From: an uncultured Pseudomonadota bacterium
GTDB taxonomy: Bacteria; Pseudomonadota; Alphaproteobacteria; RF32; CAG-239
Assembly: GCA_902761535.1 (NCBI GenBank)
Contig: CACWKS010000002.1
Coordinates: 142,418-206,417, forward strand
Length of the DNA stretch: 64,000 nt
Direction: 5' to 3'
Position 1 is the stretch's first letter; each line of letters begins with the position of its first letter. Shown piece after piece: positions 39,001 to 49,771 of this stretch. The position numbers were made by a program, and so were the translations under genes. Under the pieces are notes generated by a model. That model worked only from the letters and a program-made list of their open reading frames with translations, did no database searches and had not been told where the DNA came from.

Positions 39001-39034
39001 GTTCGTTAATAATTTGCTGGTATAATATATAAAA

Positions 39035-39901
39035 TTGCTTTCATGTGTAGGACTTTTTATGAGCAAACTAATTGATAAAATGATTAAAAAATCTGATTGT
39101 ACAGCCTATTACTGCTTGCATGTTATGTCATCACGCCGGCGCAATGCCTTATATGCGATTTGTGCTTTTGCTAAATGCGTGATGGACATAGCTTCAAGTA
39201 CTGAGAAAACTTCTCGTAAAATCGATTTGCTTAATGCATGGCAGCAGGAATTGGATAATATTTATCAAAATAAAGCCCCGATATCTCAAATTGGACAAGA
39301 TATTTTTGCTGTTTTACAAAATTTCAATCTTCCCCAAAATGAGTTTATGATGTTGCTGAATAGTATTCGTAATGATTTAATTAATCCGCCGTGCGGGTTG
39401 AGTGAACAGGTTTACGGACAATATTGCGATGAGCGTGCCGGTGTGTTTATCAGACAGGCTTTGCGAGTTATGGGATGCGGTGATGAAGTTTACATCAACA
39501 ACCTTTCAAATTGTTTAGGCAAAGCCTTGCAAACAACTTTATTTTTGCGTGATATTAAAGAAGATGCACTGAGCGGAAGGGTTTATATGCCGATAAATTA
39601 CTTACATGAAGCCGGAATTAAATCAAATGATCCGACCGAAATTCTTATAAATAATAATTTAAGTAAAGCCCGCAGCAGTTTAAGTAAAATTGCCGAAACT
39701 AATTTTGTTAAAGCTTTCGAAATATTAAAACATAGCGATAAAAAAACGGCATTCAATTTGAAAACACTCATTTATCCTTATAAATATTGTTTTGATATAA
39801 TGAACAGTCGCGGATGGGAAGTAATTACTCCCAAACCTGATATCAGCGCTTTTACCAAAGTAATGCTGTTTATCAAGGCATATATGGAGAAAGTATTTTG
39901 A
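39035..39901 (+). CDS. Squalene/phytoene synthase family protein with a degenerate first Asp-rich motif
   Basis: Second motif RDIKEDALSGRVYMPINYL is present (DxxED). The first motif region YAICAFAKCVMDIASS lacks the canonical DDxxD. The real start may be the ATG at about 39059. Confidence 0.55.
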   Translation: MLSCVGLFMSKLIDKMIKKSDCTAYYCLHVMSSRRRNALYAICAFAKCVMDIASSTEKTSRKIDLLNAWQQELDNIYQNKAPISQIGQDIFAVLQNFNLPQNEFMMLLNSIRNDLINPPCGLSEQVYGQYCDERAGVFIRQALRVMGCGDEVYINNLSNCLGKALQTTLFLRDIKEDALSGRVYMPINYLHEAGIKSNDPTEILINNNLSKARSSLSKIAETNFVKAFEILKHSDKKTAFNLKTLIYPYKYCFDIMNSRGWEVITPKPDISAFTKVMLFIKAYMEKVF

Positions 39902-40971
39902 AAGAAGTTGCAATTTGTCATATCATCGGCGGAGGAATGAGCGGATTAGCAACAGCCTTTTTCCTGAAAAAATATTGTTCTGCAATGTATACGGTAATCT
40001 ATGAGGCAAATCAACATTTAGGGGGGAGAGCTTTTAGTCAATATGATGAGGCTTGGGATGCCAATCTTAATAATTCGCTTCATACAATTTTTAACACCGA
40101 CCGGTTTATGAGTAGTTTCGTTGATGAAAACGAATGGCGTCATAATATGTTTTTTATTAATATGCAAGATATGAGCGGAAGTTCATCAATCAAAGATAAT
40201 TTTGATATAATCTGCAAAAAAATTTGTCAGACTCCTAATGAAAAAATTGCTGTTTCTATAAAAAATAGTTTATCTCAATCATTTGAAAAAAAATCTTTTA
40301 ATACCTTAAAATTTTGCGCTTCTTGCAGTAATTTTACTCAAAAAGTCATTAATGTGTTGGCTCCTTATGCTGATGAAATTCACTGTAGTTGTAAATTAAA
40401 TAAAATAATTTCACGCAAACAGCATATTACTTCACTTTATTTCGGAAACCGAAAAGTTAAATTAGGAACAAATGATAAAGTTGTATTTGCTCTCAATAAT
40501 TTTTCAGCCGGTGAGTTTTTAGATATTAATAAATTGAAATATAATTGTTCCGTTAATATTTCTTATTATACCTCACAAACAATATTTTTGCCGCAAGGTG
40601 TATCATTTGTCGGTTTAAGAGAAGGCGTAGCTGATTGGCTTGTTGCCTCTCCTAATATATTGTCGGCTCAGGTTTATGATTATAATAAACAATTTACCAC
40701 TTCGGATAAGCTGGCTCTGCATGTATGGGATGAAATATCCCGTATTCGTGGTGTAAATTCGGCTTTTATGCCTTCATATAGGCTTGAAATTAACGAGCAA
40801 GCCTCGCTCAAAATGACCGAAAACAATAATTCGCTTCGTCCCGATAATGCGATAACGGAATATGACAATGCCTTTATATGCGGCGATTGGACAATGAAAA
40901 ATAGTCCTTGCACTCTCGAAGTTGCGGTTGCTTCAGGTAAACGAGCCGTAAAAACAATGCTGAAATCTTAA
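39898..40971 (+). CDS. Short FAD-dependent oxidoreductase (amine-oxidase / HpnE / CrtI-like)
   Basis: N-terminal GGGMSGLATAF dinucleotide-binding motif and C-terminal FICGDW...EVAVASGKRA flavin-amine-oxidase motif. It is only 357 aa long and overlaps the upstream gene by 4 nt. Confidence 0.55.
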   Translation: MKEVAICHIIGGGMSGLATAFFLKKYCSAMYTVIYEANQHLGGRAFSQYDEAWDANLNNSLHTIFNTDRFMSSFVDENEWRHNMFFINMQDMSGSSSIKDNFDIICKKICQTPNEKIAVSIKNSLSQSFEKKSFNTLKFCASCSNFTQKVINVLAPYADEIHCSCKLNKIISRKQHITSLYFGNRKVKLGTNDKVVFALNNFSAGEFLDINKLKYNCSVNISYYTSQTIFLPQGVSFVGLREGVADWLVASPNILSAQVYDYNKQFTTSDKLALHVWDEISRIRGVNSAFMPSYRLEINEQASLKMTENNNSLRPDNAITEYDNAFICGDWTMKNSPCTLEVAVASGKRAVKTMLKS

Positions 40972-40989
40972 TATAAAAGGATAAGAACT

Positions 40990-42249
40990 ATGGATACATC
41001 TATTTCAACTTTAACTAACGGATTAAGAATTATTACTCAAGAACGACCGAATTTGGAAACGGTATCTTTAGGAGTTTGGGTTAAAACCGGCTCTGCTTGT
41101 GAAAATTCCGGCAATAATGGCATATCTCATTTTCTTGAACATATGTCGTTTAAAGGAACCAATACCCGAACCGCTTTACAAATAACCGAGGAAATTGAAA
41201 ATGTCGGCGGCCAGTCTAATGCCTACACTTCGCGTGAATGTACGGCTTATTATGCCAAAATGATGAAAGAGGATGCCGAGTTAGCCGCAGATGTTTTAAT
41301 CGATTCGGTAAAAAATTCTACTTTTCCGCAAGAAGAATTGGTTAAAGAGCGCGATGTTGTCATTCAGGAGATAAAACAAACCATTGATACTCCCGATGAT
41401 ATAGTTTTTGATTATTTTCAGGAAACCGCTTTCCCCGATCAGGCTTTAGGTCGCTCTATTTTAGGTCCTCAAAAATTAGTCAGAAACTTTAGTCGTGAGG
41501 ATTTGTTCAGTTATATTAATTCCAATTATGCTGCCGAAAACATGGCTGTTTGTGCCGTAGGCAATATCAAACATGATGATTTTGTTAATATGGTGGCAGC
41601 TCGTATGTCTGATTACAAATCCAAAGTGTCTTTTACTCAAGATGAGCAAATTTATCACGGAGGCTTTTGCTCTCATAAGAAGGACATTGAGCAAACTCAT
41701 ATTTTATTAGGTTTTCCCAGCTGTTCTTATAAAGATAAAAGACATTGTGCCATGGTGTTGTTATCAGCTGTCTTGGGTGGAGGAATGTCATCGCGTCTTT
41801 TTCAGGAAATTCGTGAAAAACGCGGTTTGGTTTATTCGGTTTACAGTTTCAATTCCATGTTCAGCGGCAATGGTCTGTTTGGTATCTATGCCGGAACAGA
41901 GGCCAAAGACGTTCCTCAGTTGATGCCGGTAGTGATTGATGAAATCAAAAAAATATGTAATGAACGCATCACCGAAAAAGAATTTATCCGTGCCAAGACT
42001 CAAATTAAGGCCGGTCTGAAAATGGGTTTGGAAAGTTCATCTTCCACTGCCGAAGTATTGGCTCGTCAGCTTTTAATGTATGGGCGCACTTATTCGGTGT
42101 CGGAGTTGGTTGAGAAATATGAAGCCGTAACTTTTGAAGATATCAGAAATGCGGCGCAATCGATATTTTCTGCAACTCCTACTTATACATTATTGGGGGC
42201 GTTTGATAAATATATGGAATATGACGAATTACAAAAGGCATTAGCATAA
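40990..42249 (+). CDS. M16-family zinc peptidase (mitochondrial-processing-peptidase-like)
   Basis: Inverted zinc motif HFLEHMSFKGT and distal E residues; 419 aa. Confidence 0.85.
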   Translation: MDTSISTLTNGLRIITQERPNLETVSLGVWVKTGSACENSGNNGISHFLEHMSFKGTNTRTALQITEEIENVGGQSNAYTSRECTAYYAKMMKEDAELAADVLIDSVKNSTFPQEELVKERDVVIQEIKQTIDTPDDIVFDYFQETAFPDQALGRSILGPQKLVRNFSREDLFSYINSNYAAENMAVCAVGNIKHDDFVNMVAARMSDYKSKVSFTQDEQIYHGGFCSHKKDIEQTHILLGFPSCSYKDKRHCAMVLLSAVLGGGMSSRLFQEIREKRGLVYSVYSFNSMFSGNGLFGIYAGTEAKDVPQLMPVVIDEIKKICNERITEKEFIRAKTQIKAGLKMGLESSSSTAEVLARQLLMYGRTYSVSELVEKYEAVTFEDIRNAAQSIFSATPTYTLLGAFDKYMEYDELQKALA

Positions 42250-42295
42250 ATTTAAATATTACTCGCTATAATAAATTTGAATTATGGAGGAATAG

Positions 42296-43363
42296 ATGTC
42301 GCGTGCGGAAGATATTTTTCAAAAGTTGGTATATTTCGGTGAAGATGCCCTTGATGAGTTTATCATTAATCATCAAAGCGAAGAGCTTTTTCTCGATTTT
42401 AAGCAGGCAGCCTCTGACGGCAAAAATTATAACACACTTCATAAAGATGATCGTCGCAATTTAGCCAAAGCCATATCCGGATTCGGTAATTCCGAAGGCG
42501 GAGTTGTCATTTGGGGAATCGAATGTTCGCGTGATGTTGAAATCGGCGATGTTGCCAAAGCTAAGGTCAAAGTTAAAAATGTTCACCGGTTTTTGAGCTG
42601 GTTGGAAAATGCCATTTCCGGTTGCACAATTCCCAGTCACAACAAGGTTCGCAACCATGTTATCAGCGTTGACGAGGCCGGTGACGGTTATGTTGCTACC
42701 TATATTCCCAAAAGCGATGTTGCCCCCTTAATGACTTCGAGTAATCCTGCGATATATATTCGCTCCGGCTCAAATAATGTTCCGGCACCTTACGCGGTAA
42801 TTGCCGGAATGTTCGGGCGTTATCCTCAACCGAATATTGAAATAAAAGTTGTTGATAAAAAAATTGAAGCCTTATCAAATCAGGATGAAGATATTTTGTA
42901 TCCCAACAGTATTGATAATCCCCCCGAACAATATGTCAAAATTTCATTTTCAATCAACGGCGAAAATCACTCTAATGTTATTGCCCGAGAGATGTTTTTA
43001 TCTGCCAATGTTATTAATGATGGCGGCGAATATAATAAAGTGCGCTTTTCTAATTATAATCAAATGGAAGCAATCCCCGGTATTGAAGGGCAGTTAAACA
43101 TTATCACTCGCCCCGAGTTGAGGTTGCCTCCTCGTGGAACGATTCGTTTCTGCACCTGTGAGATTATTTTATCTCCTTATGCCGAAGATGATTTTCAGCT
43201 TGAGGGAGTTATCGGAGCTAATATGGCCATGCCGCGCGATTTTCGTATTTATATTCCTAAAAATCGTCTAAGGTCTTTTGTTGCTAAAGTTATTCGCGGG
43301 GAAGAAGATTATAATATGATTATGAACGAATTTTTCCAAGACTTTTTCCGTGGAGAGTTTTAA
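42296..43363 (+). CDS. Schlafen-like AlbA_2-domain protein with an unknown C-terminal half
   Basis: EELFLDFKQAAS...AISGFGNSEGGVVIWGIE matches the AlbA_2 (PF04326-type) core. The stop TAA directly abuts the rnhA ATG. Confidence 0.55.
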   Translation: MSRAEDIFQKLVYFGEDALDEFIINHQSEELFLDFKQAASDGKNYNTLHKDDRRNLAKAISGFGNSEGGVVIWGIECSRDVEIGDVAKAKVKVKNVHRFLSWLENAISGCTIPSHNKVRNHVISVDEAGDGYVATYIPKSDVAPLMTSSNPAIYIRSGSNNVPAPYAVIAGMFGRYPQPNIEIKVVDKKIEALSNQDEDILYPNSIDNPPEQYVKISFSINGENHSNVIAREMFLSANVINDGGEYNKVRFSNYNQMEAIPGIEGQLNIITRPELRLPPRGTIRFCTCEIILSPYAEDDFQLEGVIGANMAMPRDFRIYIPKNRLRSFVAKVIRGEEDYNMIMNEFFQDFFRGEF

Positions 43364-43807
43364 ATGCCTGAAGTTGAAATTTTTACCGATGGAGCTTGTT
43401 CGGACAATCCCGGAGCCGGAGGGTGGGGCGCTATTCTGCGTTGTAAAGGTGTCGAAAAAGAATTAAGCGGCGGAGCTGTTAATACCACCAATAATCGCAT
43501 GGAGTTGACCGCGGTTATTGAAGCACTTAAAGCCCTAAAAACATCTTGTAATGTTACCGTTTGTACCGATAGCCGTTATGTTATGGACGGCGTTACCAAA
43601 TGGTTGCCTAATTGGCTGAACAACGGTTGGCGTACAGCCAATAAAAAAACTCCGGTAAAAAATGTCGATTTATGGCAAGAACTCGAGTCGCAGCTTAAAA
43701 AACATAAGATTAGTTGGATTTGGGTTAAAGGACATAACGGTCATGCCGAAAATGAGCGGGTTGACGAGCTGGCGCGAATCCAAGCAAAATCTATGCTTGA
43801 GGACTGA
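43364..43807 (+). CDS. rnhA: Ribonuclease HI
   Basis: [18 protein letters not shown], the catalytic D/E/D residues, HxGxxxNExxD at the C-terminus; 147 aa. Confidence 0.9.
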   Translation: MPEVEIFTDGACSDNPGAGGWGAILRCKGVEKELSGGAVNTTNNRMELTAVIEALKALKTSCNVTVCTDSRYVMDGVTKWLPNWLNNGWRTANKKTPVKNVDLWQELESQLKKHKISWIWVKGHNGHAENERVDELARIQAKSMLED

Positions 43808-43882
43808 TTGTAAAATTTAGCTTGATTTAGACAAAAAAACATGTTATGTTCAACATGGTTTTAACAGTTATTGTGATGTTAC

Positions 43883-44563
43883 ATGGTTAAACAACGAATA
43901 CAACTCGCATTTTCTGGATATAATAAAAAAAATGATAAACGAATATCCCTCAAAGGGGTGTGTGTCTTTGACACTAAAGAAGAATTTATTGCCCATTTAA
44001 TACGCACCGAACAAATCCAAAAAGATACCCATCCCTCTCCAGACGATGGGTTAATTCATTTAAAAGGTGTATTAAAAATTGATAGTCGTGTCAAATCAGG
44101 ACTTAATTGGAACGATGTTGTGGTTACTTCTGCCGTGGTGGAAGAGGGGAAAGTAAGTCGTTACCAATATCTGCCCTTGACTTATAAAGGTGTTACTACC
44201 GATCTTAAGGCCCCTGATTTACAACAATATATGCAACATAATAATTATGGAGCTGTTTTTAAGGATGACATGTGGCATGTTGAGGTTTTACGTATTCCCG
44301 AATCGGCAACTCACCTCAATTTTTCCAGCGTTAAATCACAGTTAACCTTGTTTTACGGTCAACAAATCAATTTATCTGATTTGCCTTATTCACGGAATTT
44401 ATTCGGGCTAAGTCCTCATCGTCTGGGAGTTGATTGTGTAAATGCCCGCAGAATAGCTCAACAGAAGGGGTGTGGCAAAGAAATATTAAAACTTCTTCCG
44501 CCGTCCAATTCTTGGTTAGGTTTTATCGATTTTGGCAGTATTTTCGGCTCCGGTAGGAGATGA
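43883..44563 (+). CDS. Hypothetical protein
   Basis: 226-aa ORF with no recognised motif. Confidence 0.4.
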   Translation: MVKQRIQLAFSGYNKKNDKRISLKGVCVFDTKEEFIAHLIRTEQIQKDTHPSPDDGLIHLKGVLKIDSRVKSGLNWNDVVVTSAVVEEGKVSRYQYLPLTYKGVTTDLKAPDLQQYMQHNNYGAVFKDDMWHVEVLRIPESATHLNFSSVKSQLTLFYGQQINLSDLPYSRNLFGLSPHRLGVDCVNARRIAQQKGCGKEILKLLPPSNSWLGFIDFGSIFGSGRR

Positions 44564-44662
44564 TAAAATATTTATTGTCAGTTTTTGTAAAAAAATAATT
44601 GCACCAAATTGTAAAAATTGCTAAAAAAGAATTGAAACTAATAATTATTAAATTATAAAACT

Positions 44663-45358
44663 ATGCCTACAAAAAGAAAACAAGAAATTCCCATGTTACG
44701 TAATGGTAAATGGGTCGGTCCGGGCGCAGAAGAGATGAACGGATACAATGAAATACCGGATCCGGTCAAAAGAATTCTGCAATCTGCCGCTACAGCCGCT
44801 ACAAGAAAAGCGGCAAAAGCCCGACAAAAGGCATCACAAAAAGCATCGTCGGAAGACGAAAGAAAGTTCCGGCGTCGTCTGAATGGTTGCGGATGCATTG
44901 GCTGCCAGTTTCCGTCTCAATACGTTTTTCATGAGCGTAGCGCTTTTGAAACTGTTTTGTGGGATGGAAAAATTAATGGCATGGCCACAGTTGTCTGCGA
45001 TTATTTCGGACACCCCAAGACGGCTTACGTGTTTCCCAAAAAATACAAGGGGAGATACGCTCTTGTTCCGTTAAAAAAGAGTGACTATATCTTTACTGCA
45101 AGGTATGTCAATCAACGGAGAAACAAGGCCATTCGGTATTGTGTATATCGAATGGTAGGTGAAAAAGACGGCATGATCATGTTACAATTGATCAATGTAT
45201 GCCTCAACACCGTTTGGGCATACACCGAAGGCCAGCTGGACGGGCGTATCGGAAAAGAGTGGAACGGAAAACTTCCGCCACGTTTCCAAGATGCTTTTGC
45301 AGCGGTTGCCGCTCATCTCAAAGGGTCTAAACTGCCTTTTGCAAAAAAAGAATTGTAA
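44663..45358 (+). CDS. Hypothetical basic protein
   Basis: 231-aa ORF, Lys/Arg-rich in its N-terminal third. GC is elevated relative to the flanks and two strong terminators follow it. Confidence 0.4.
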   Translation: MPTKRKQEIPMLRNGKWVGPGAEEMNGYNEIPDPVKRILQSAATAATRKAAKARQKASQKASSEDERKFRRRLNGCGCIGCQFPSQYVFHERSAFETVLWDGKINGMATVVCDYFGHPKTAYVFPKKYKGRYALVPLKKSDYIFTARYVNQRRNKAIRYCVYRMVGEKDGMIMLQLINVCLNTVWAYTEGQLDGRIGKEWNGKLPPRFQDAFAAVAAHLKGSKLPFAKKEL

Positions 45359-45371
45359 TTAACTCTATAAA

Positions 45372-45450
45372 GCGTCCCACTTAGGTGTGGGACGTTGTTT
45401 TTTTATACAAATAAAGAGCCTTTGAAACTTCAAAGGCTCCTCTTTATCTG
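45372..45450. terminator. Two tandem hairpin terminators between convergent genes
   Basis: The first hairpin is gtcccac-ttaggt-gtgggac followed by a T-run. The second is agagcctttgaa-act-tcaaaggctcct with flanking T/A runs. Confidence 0.6.
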
Positions 45451-45640
45451 TTGCAATATTTTTATAACCAAGACCTCGGAGGTTTATTTGGAGATGTGAC
45501 TATGGTCTTAAATTATAAAATATCTTGGTGACAGATAAAACTCTTGTTTAATCACATTCCGAATCTGTTTGACAAAATTCTGACACATTTAAAAAAAATG
45601 TCAATAGTAAATCATAATTATTTTATTTTTTGCATAAAAA

Positions 45641-46159
45641 TCAATGAGTTGAATGTTTTGCTGCTTCATGTTCATACTCACTGATAATATCATCTTGAAA
45701 ATCGGTAATTTCCTGTTCATGCTCCAGTTCGTCATGCAGAATTTTCACGGCCAATCGATGAGTTTCATAGTCTTTACCGAAAGTCATCTCACAAATTTTT
45801 TCATAACGTGCAATTGCGCAACGTTCCGAAATCAAATTTTGTTTTAAAAGCTCCGTAATATAAGGATTACTCGGTTCTTCATAGCGGCAAATAGCGGTTT
45901 CTCCCCATTTTTCCGGACTGAGAATCGGGGTTCCGCCTAACTCGATAATCCGATTCGCTAACCACCCCGCATGCTTTAACTCTTCATTGGCATGTTCAAC
46001 AAATTCTTTGGTAATTGAGGTGCGATGCGGTCCTACCGCCACCAAAGCCCCCAGCCAATATTGATAATAAGCCAGCCATTCTTCGGCAAAAGCGATGTTC
46101 AGCGTTTTAATCAGTTCATCATAATCGATTTTTGCGATTTTTTTAGCCATTTCACCCAT
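45641..46159 (-). CDS. Ferritin-like diiron-carboxylate protein (bacterioferritin/Dps-like family)
   Basis: Paired E..H motifs (ANEELKHAG and LHDELEHEQE) in a four-helix-bundle-like spacing. RBS aggag upstream of the start. Confidence 0.6.
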   Translation of the reverse strand: MGEMAKKIAKIDYDELIKTLNIAFAEEWLAYYQYWLGALVAVGPHRTSITKEFVEHANEELKHAGWLANRIIELGGTPILSPEKWGETAICRYEEPSNPYITELLKQNLISERCAIARYEKICEMTFGKDYETHRLAVKILHDELEHEQEITDFQDDIISEYEHEAAKHSTH

Positions 46160-46342
46160 TTTTTTATTCTCCTAAACTGTTAATCACTTTGTAAATAAGC
46201 ATTATTACTGACTGTTCAAGTTGCAGCGAATCGAATTTTATGTTTAACCTTTCTGCCAATTAACATTTATTAATATTATGAGTTGATTTAGTATTTATTT
46301 CGGTTTAATATAACCTTGGGTTGTAATTATTGGAGTTTAGCG

Positions 46343-46978
46343 ATGATTAAAATAGCCCCGTCTTTGTTGGCGGCCGATTTTTCAAAGTTAGGAGAACAGA
46401 TTATTCATCTTGAACAAGCTGAAGCTGATATGCTCCACTTGGATGTTATGGATGGTCATTTTGTGCCTAATCTGAGCTTTGGTGCCCCTTTAATTAAAGC
46501 ATTACGTCCGCATACCCATCTTCCTTTTGATGTTCATCTGATGGTTAATCAACCGGAAAAAATGATTGAGTGGTTTGCCGCTTCCGGTGCCGATTATATA
46601 ACCGTTCATGCCGAAGCGGTTGAGGATGTATCGACAGTTATTGATTTAATTCATTCCTTTAATATCAAAGCCGGTATTGCCTTAAAACCGCATACCGAAG
46701 CCGACGTTCTCAGTCGGGTTATCGATAAATTGGATTTGATATTGGTAATGACGGTCGAGCCCGGTTTCGGCGGGCAGAAATTTATGGAAAATCAACTTGC
46801 TAAAATAAGCAAAATTCGTAATATGATAAATGATTGCAATATTATTTTGAGTGTTGACGGCGGTATCAATGCTCAGACGGCACTTTTAGCCAAATCCGCC
46901 GGAGCCGATATGCTGGTTGCCGGAACTTATGTTTTTCAAAGTTCTGATTGGTCACAAGCTGTTGCCTCACTACGTTAA
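46343..46978 (+). CDS. rpe: Ribulose-phosphate 3-epimerase
   Basis: The ORF track starts at 46316; the likely start is MIKIAPSLLAADF, with a ggag RBS. Motifs HLDVMDGHFVPN and DGG. Confidence 0.9.
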   Translation: MIKIAPSLLAADFSKLGEQIIHLEQAEADMLHLDVMDGHFVPNLSFGAPLIKALRPHTHLPFDVHLMVNQPEKMIEWFAASGADYITVHAEAVEDVSTVIDLIHSFNIKAGIALKPHTEADVLSRVIDKLDLILVMTVEPGFGGQKFMENQLAKISKIRNMINDCNIILSVDGGINAQTALLAKSAGADMLVAGTYVFQSSDWSQAVASLR

Positions 46979-46988
46979 GGAGAGTTAA

Positions 46989-47705
46989 ATGAAACATTTG
47001 ATTATGATTGTTGAAGATGAAGAAGCCTTGTGCTTGGTATTAAAATATAATTTGGAAAAATCCGGTTATGATGTAGTGATAGTGAATAACGGTAACAAAG
47101 CGATTGCTGAGATTGAAGCTCATAATCCTTCGGTTGTTTTAATGGATTGGATGTTACCGGAGATTTCCGGTCTTGATTTGGTCAAACTTATCCGCTCCAA
47201 ACCTGATATTAAAGATACTCCGATTATCATGCTCACTGCCAAAGGAGAAGAAGAAGATAAAATTCGCGGACTTTTAGCCGGCTCCGATGACTATGTTACC
47301 AAACCTTTTTCTATTCCCGAATTATTAGCCAGAGTTAAGGCACAAATCAGGCGCGCTCCCGAAAAATCGGATGTTGCAGAGTTGAATTTTGAAGATATTC
47401 GTATGGATTTGGTTGAGAAAAAAGTTTTTCGCGGAGAAAATTACATCCATTTAGGACCGACGGAGTTTCGCTTGTTGAGATTATTGATGGAAACTCCCGG
47501 CAAAGTATTTTCACGCGAATATTTGCTCAAAAATGCTTGGGGTGATAATATTTATGTCGAATCTCGTACGGTAGATGTTCATATCCGTCGTTTGCGTAGG
47601 GCACTCAATGAATATGGAGCGGACTACATCCGCACGGTGCGTGCTAACGGCTATTCTTTGGACAGTTCAATAGGAAATAATGAAGATACGTTAACGGAAG
47701 AATAA
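46989..47705 (+). CDS. OmpR/PhoB-family two-component response regulator
   Basis: Receiver domain (phospho-acceptor Asp in VLMDWMLP) plus a C-terminal winged-helix domain (YVESRTVDVHIRRLR). Confidence 0.85.
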   Translation: MKHLIMIVEDEEALCLVLKYNLEKSGYDVVIVNNGNKAIAEIEAHNPSVVLMDWMLPEISGLDLVKLIRSKPDIKDTPIIMLTAKGEEEDKIRGLLAGSDDYVTKPFSIPELLARVKAQIRRAPEKSDVAELNFEDIRMDLVEKKVFRGENYIHLGPTEFRLLRLLMETPGKVFSREYLLKNAWGDNIYVESRTVDVHIRRLRRALNEYGADYIRTVRANGYSLDSSIGNNEDTLTEE

Positions 47706-47710
47706 AATAG

Positions 47711-48838
<1,128 letters not shown>

Positions 48839-48842
48839 AAAA

Positions 48843-49751
48843 ATGACAGATTGTGAAGTAAAAAAAGATAATTTACGCGTTTGTGTATCCTGCGGTCATT
48901 CTGCCGGTAATGATCCGATTTATGAAGAAGAATCCTATCAAATGGGCAGATTGATTGCTCAAATGGGATTTTGCCTTGATTATGGTTTTTCCAACAGTGG
49001 TATAATGGGAGCGGTTGCTCGCGGTGTTTTGGATGAATGGCAAAATCATAAAGAGCAATTTTATCAAAACATCAGTCCGATTGTCGGTATCACCACTCAG
49101 GAATATTACAGTCTTTATCAAAAAGACGAAGTTTTGGAAAAAGTCACCAATGTTGTTGTAACCGATACAATGGAAAATCGCAAGAAGAAGCTGTTTGACG
49201 CTGATATTATAGTTTTTGCTCCCGGCGGGGTGGGAACTTTGGACGAGCTCGCTTATGATTGCGTCGCCATGCAGGATGGGTTTATCAAAAACAAGCCCTT
49301 TATCTTTTACAATCTTAACGGCTTTTTCTACCATATTTTGGAATTTTTAAAAGAGATGGTAAATTCCGGATTTGCCGAGCCTATTCCTTATATTGTGGTT
49401 GACGATAAAGAGGAATTGGAGATTGTTTTCAGGTTATTGAAATTACGCTATAACGGTTGTGAGAGCTTTAAGGAAGCCTATTATCACGCTCGCAGATTAG
49501 CTTTTGAAATGCCTTATTTCATTAAAAACAAAACTCCTGATAAAAGCTTGGAGGATATGATTACCGAAATTGATAATATTGAATTATCCGGTGATGCCGA
49601 ACTCAAAAATAAACTAAATCATCAAGTAGAGCAGGCTTATCTGGAAAAAGAGATTGAACGTATGTATGAACGTTTAGCCAAGGCCGGTCGAGATACTGCA
49701 GTGGTCAGTGATAAATTGAGCGAGTTAAAAAAATCGCAACATAATAACTGA
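48843..49751 (+). CDS. LOG-family (TIGR00730 Rossmann-fold nucleotide-binding) protein with a roughly 120-aa C-terminal extension
   Basis: PGGVGTLDEL motif and LOG-like topology. The coiled-coil-like tail is not part of canonical LOG proteins. Confidence 0.55.
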   Translation: MTDCEVKKDNLRVCVSCGHSAGNDPIYEEESYQMGRLIAQMGFCLDYGFSNSGIMGAVARGVLDEWQNHKEQFYQNISPIVGITTQEYYSLYQKDEVLEKVTNVVVTDTMENRKKKLFDADIIVFAPGGVGTLDELAYDCVAMQDGFIKNKPFIFYNLNGFFYHILEFLKEMVNSGFAEPIPYIVVDDKEELEIVFRLLKLRYNGCESFKEAYYHARRLAFEMPYFIKNKTPDKSLEDMITEIDNIELSGDAELKNKLNHQVEQAYLEKEIERMYERLAKAGRDTAVVSDKLSELKKSQHNN

Positions 49752-49771
49752 TATTTTAAAGGACTTAATTT

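Noticed and set aside
45560-45640. Palindromic ttgacaaaattctgacacattt...aaaaaaaatgtcaa near the ferritin-like gene as a possible Fur box
   Set aside because: It lies downstream of the minus-strand ferritin-like gene, 3' of its stop. The Fur consensus match is poor. It is more likely part of the convergent terminator region.
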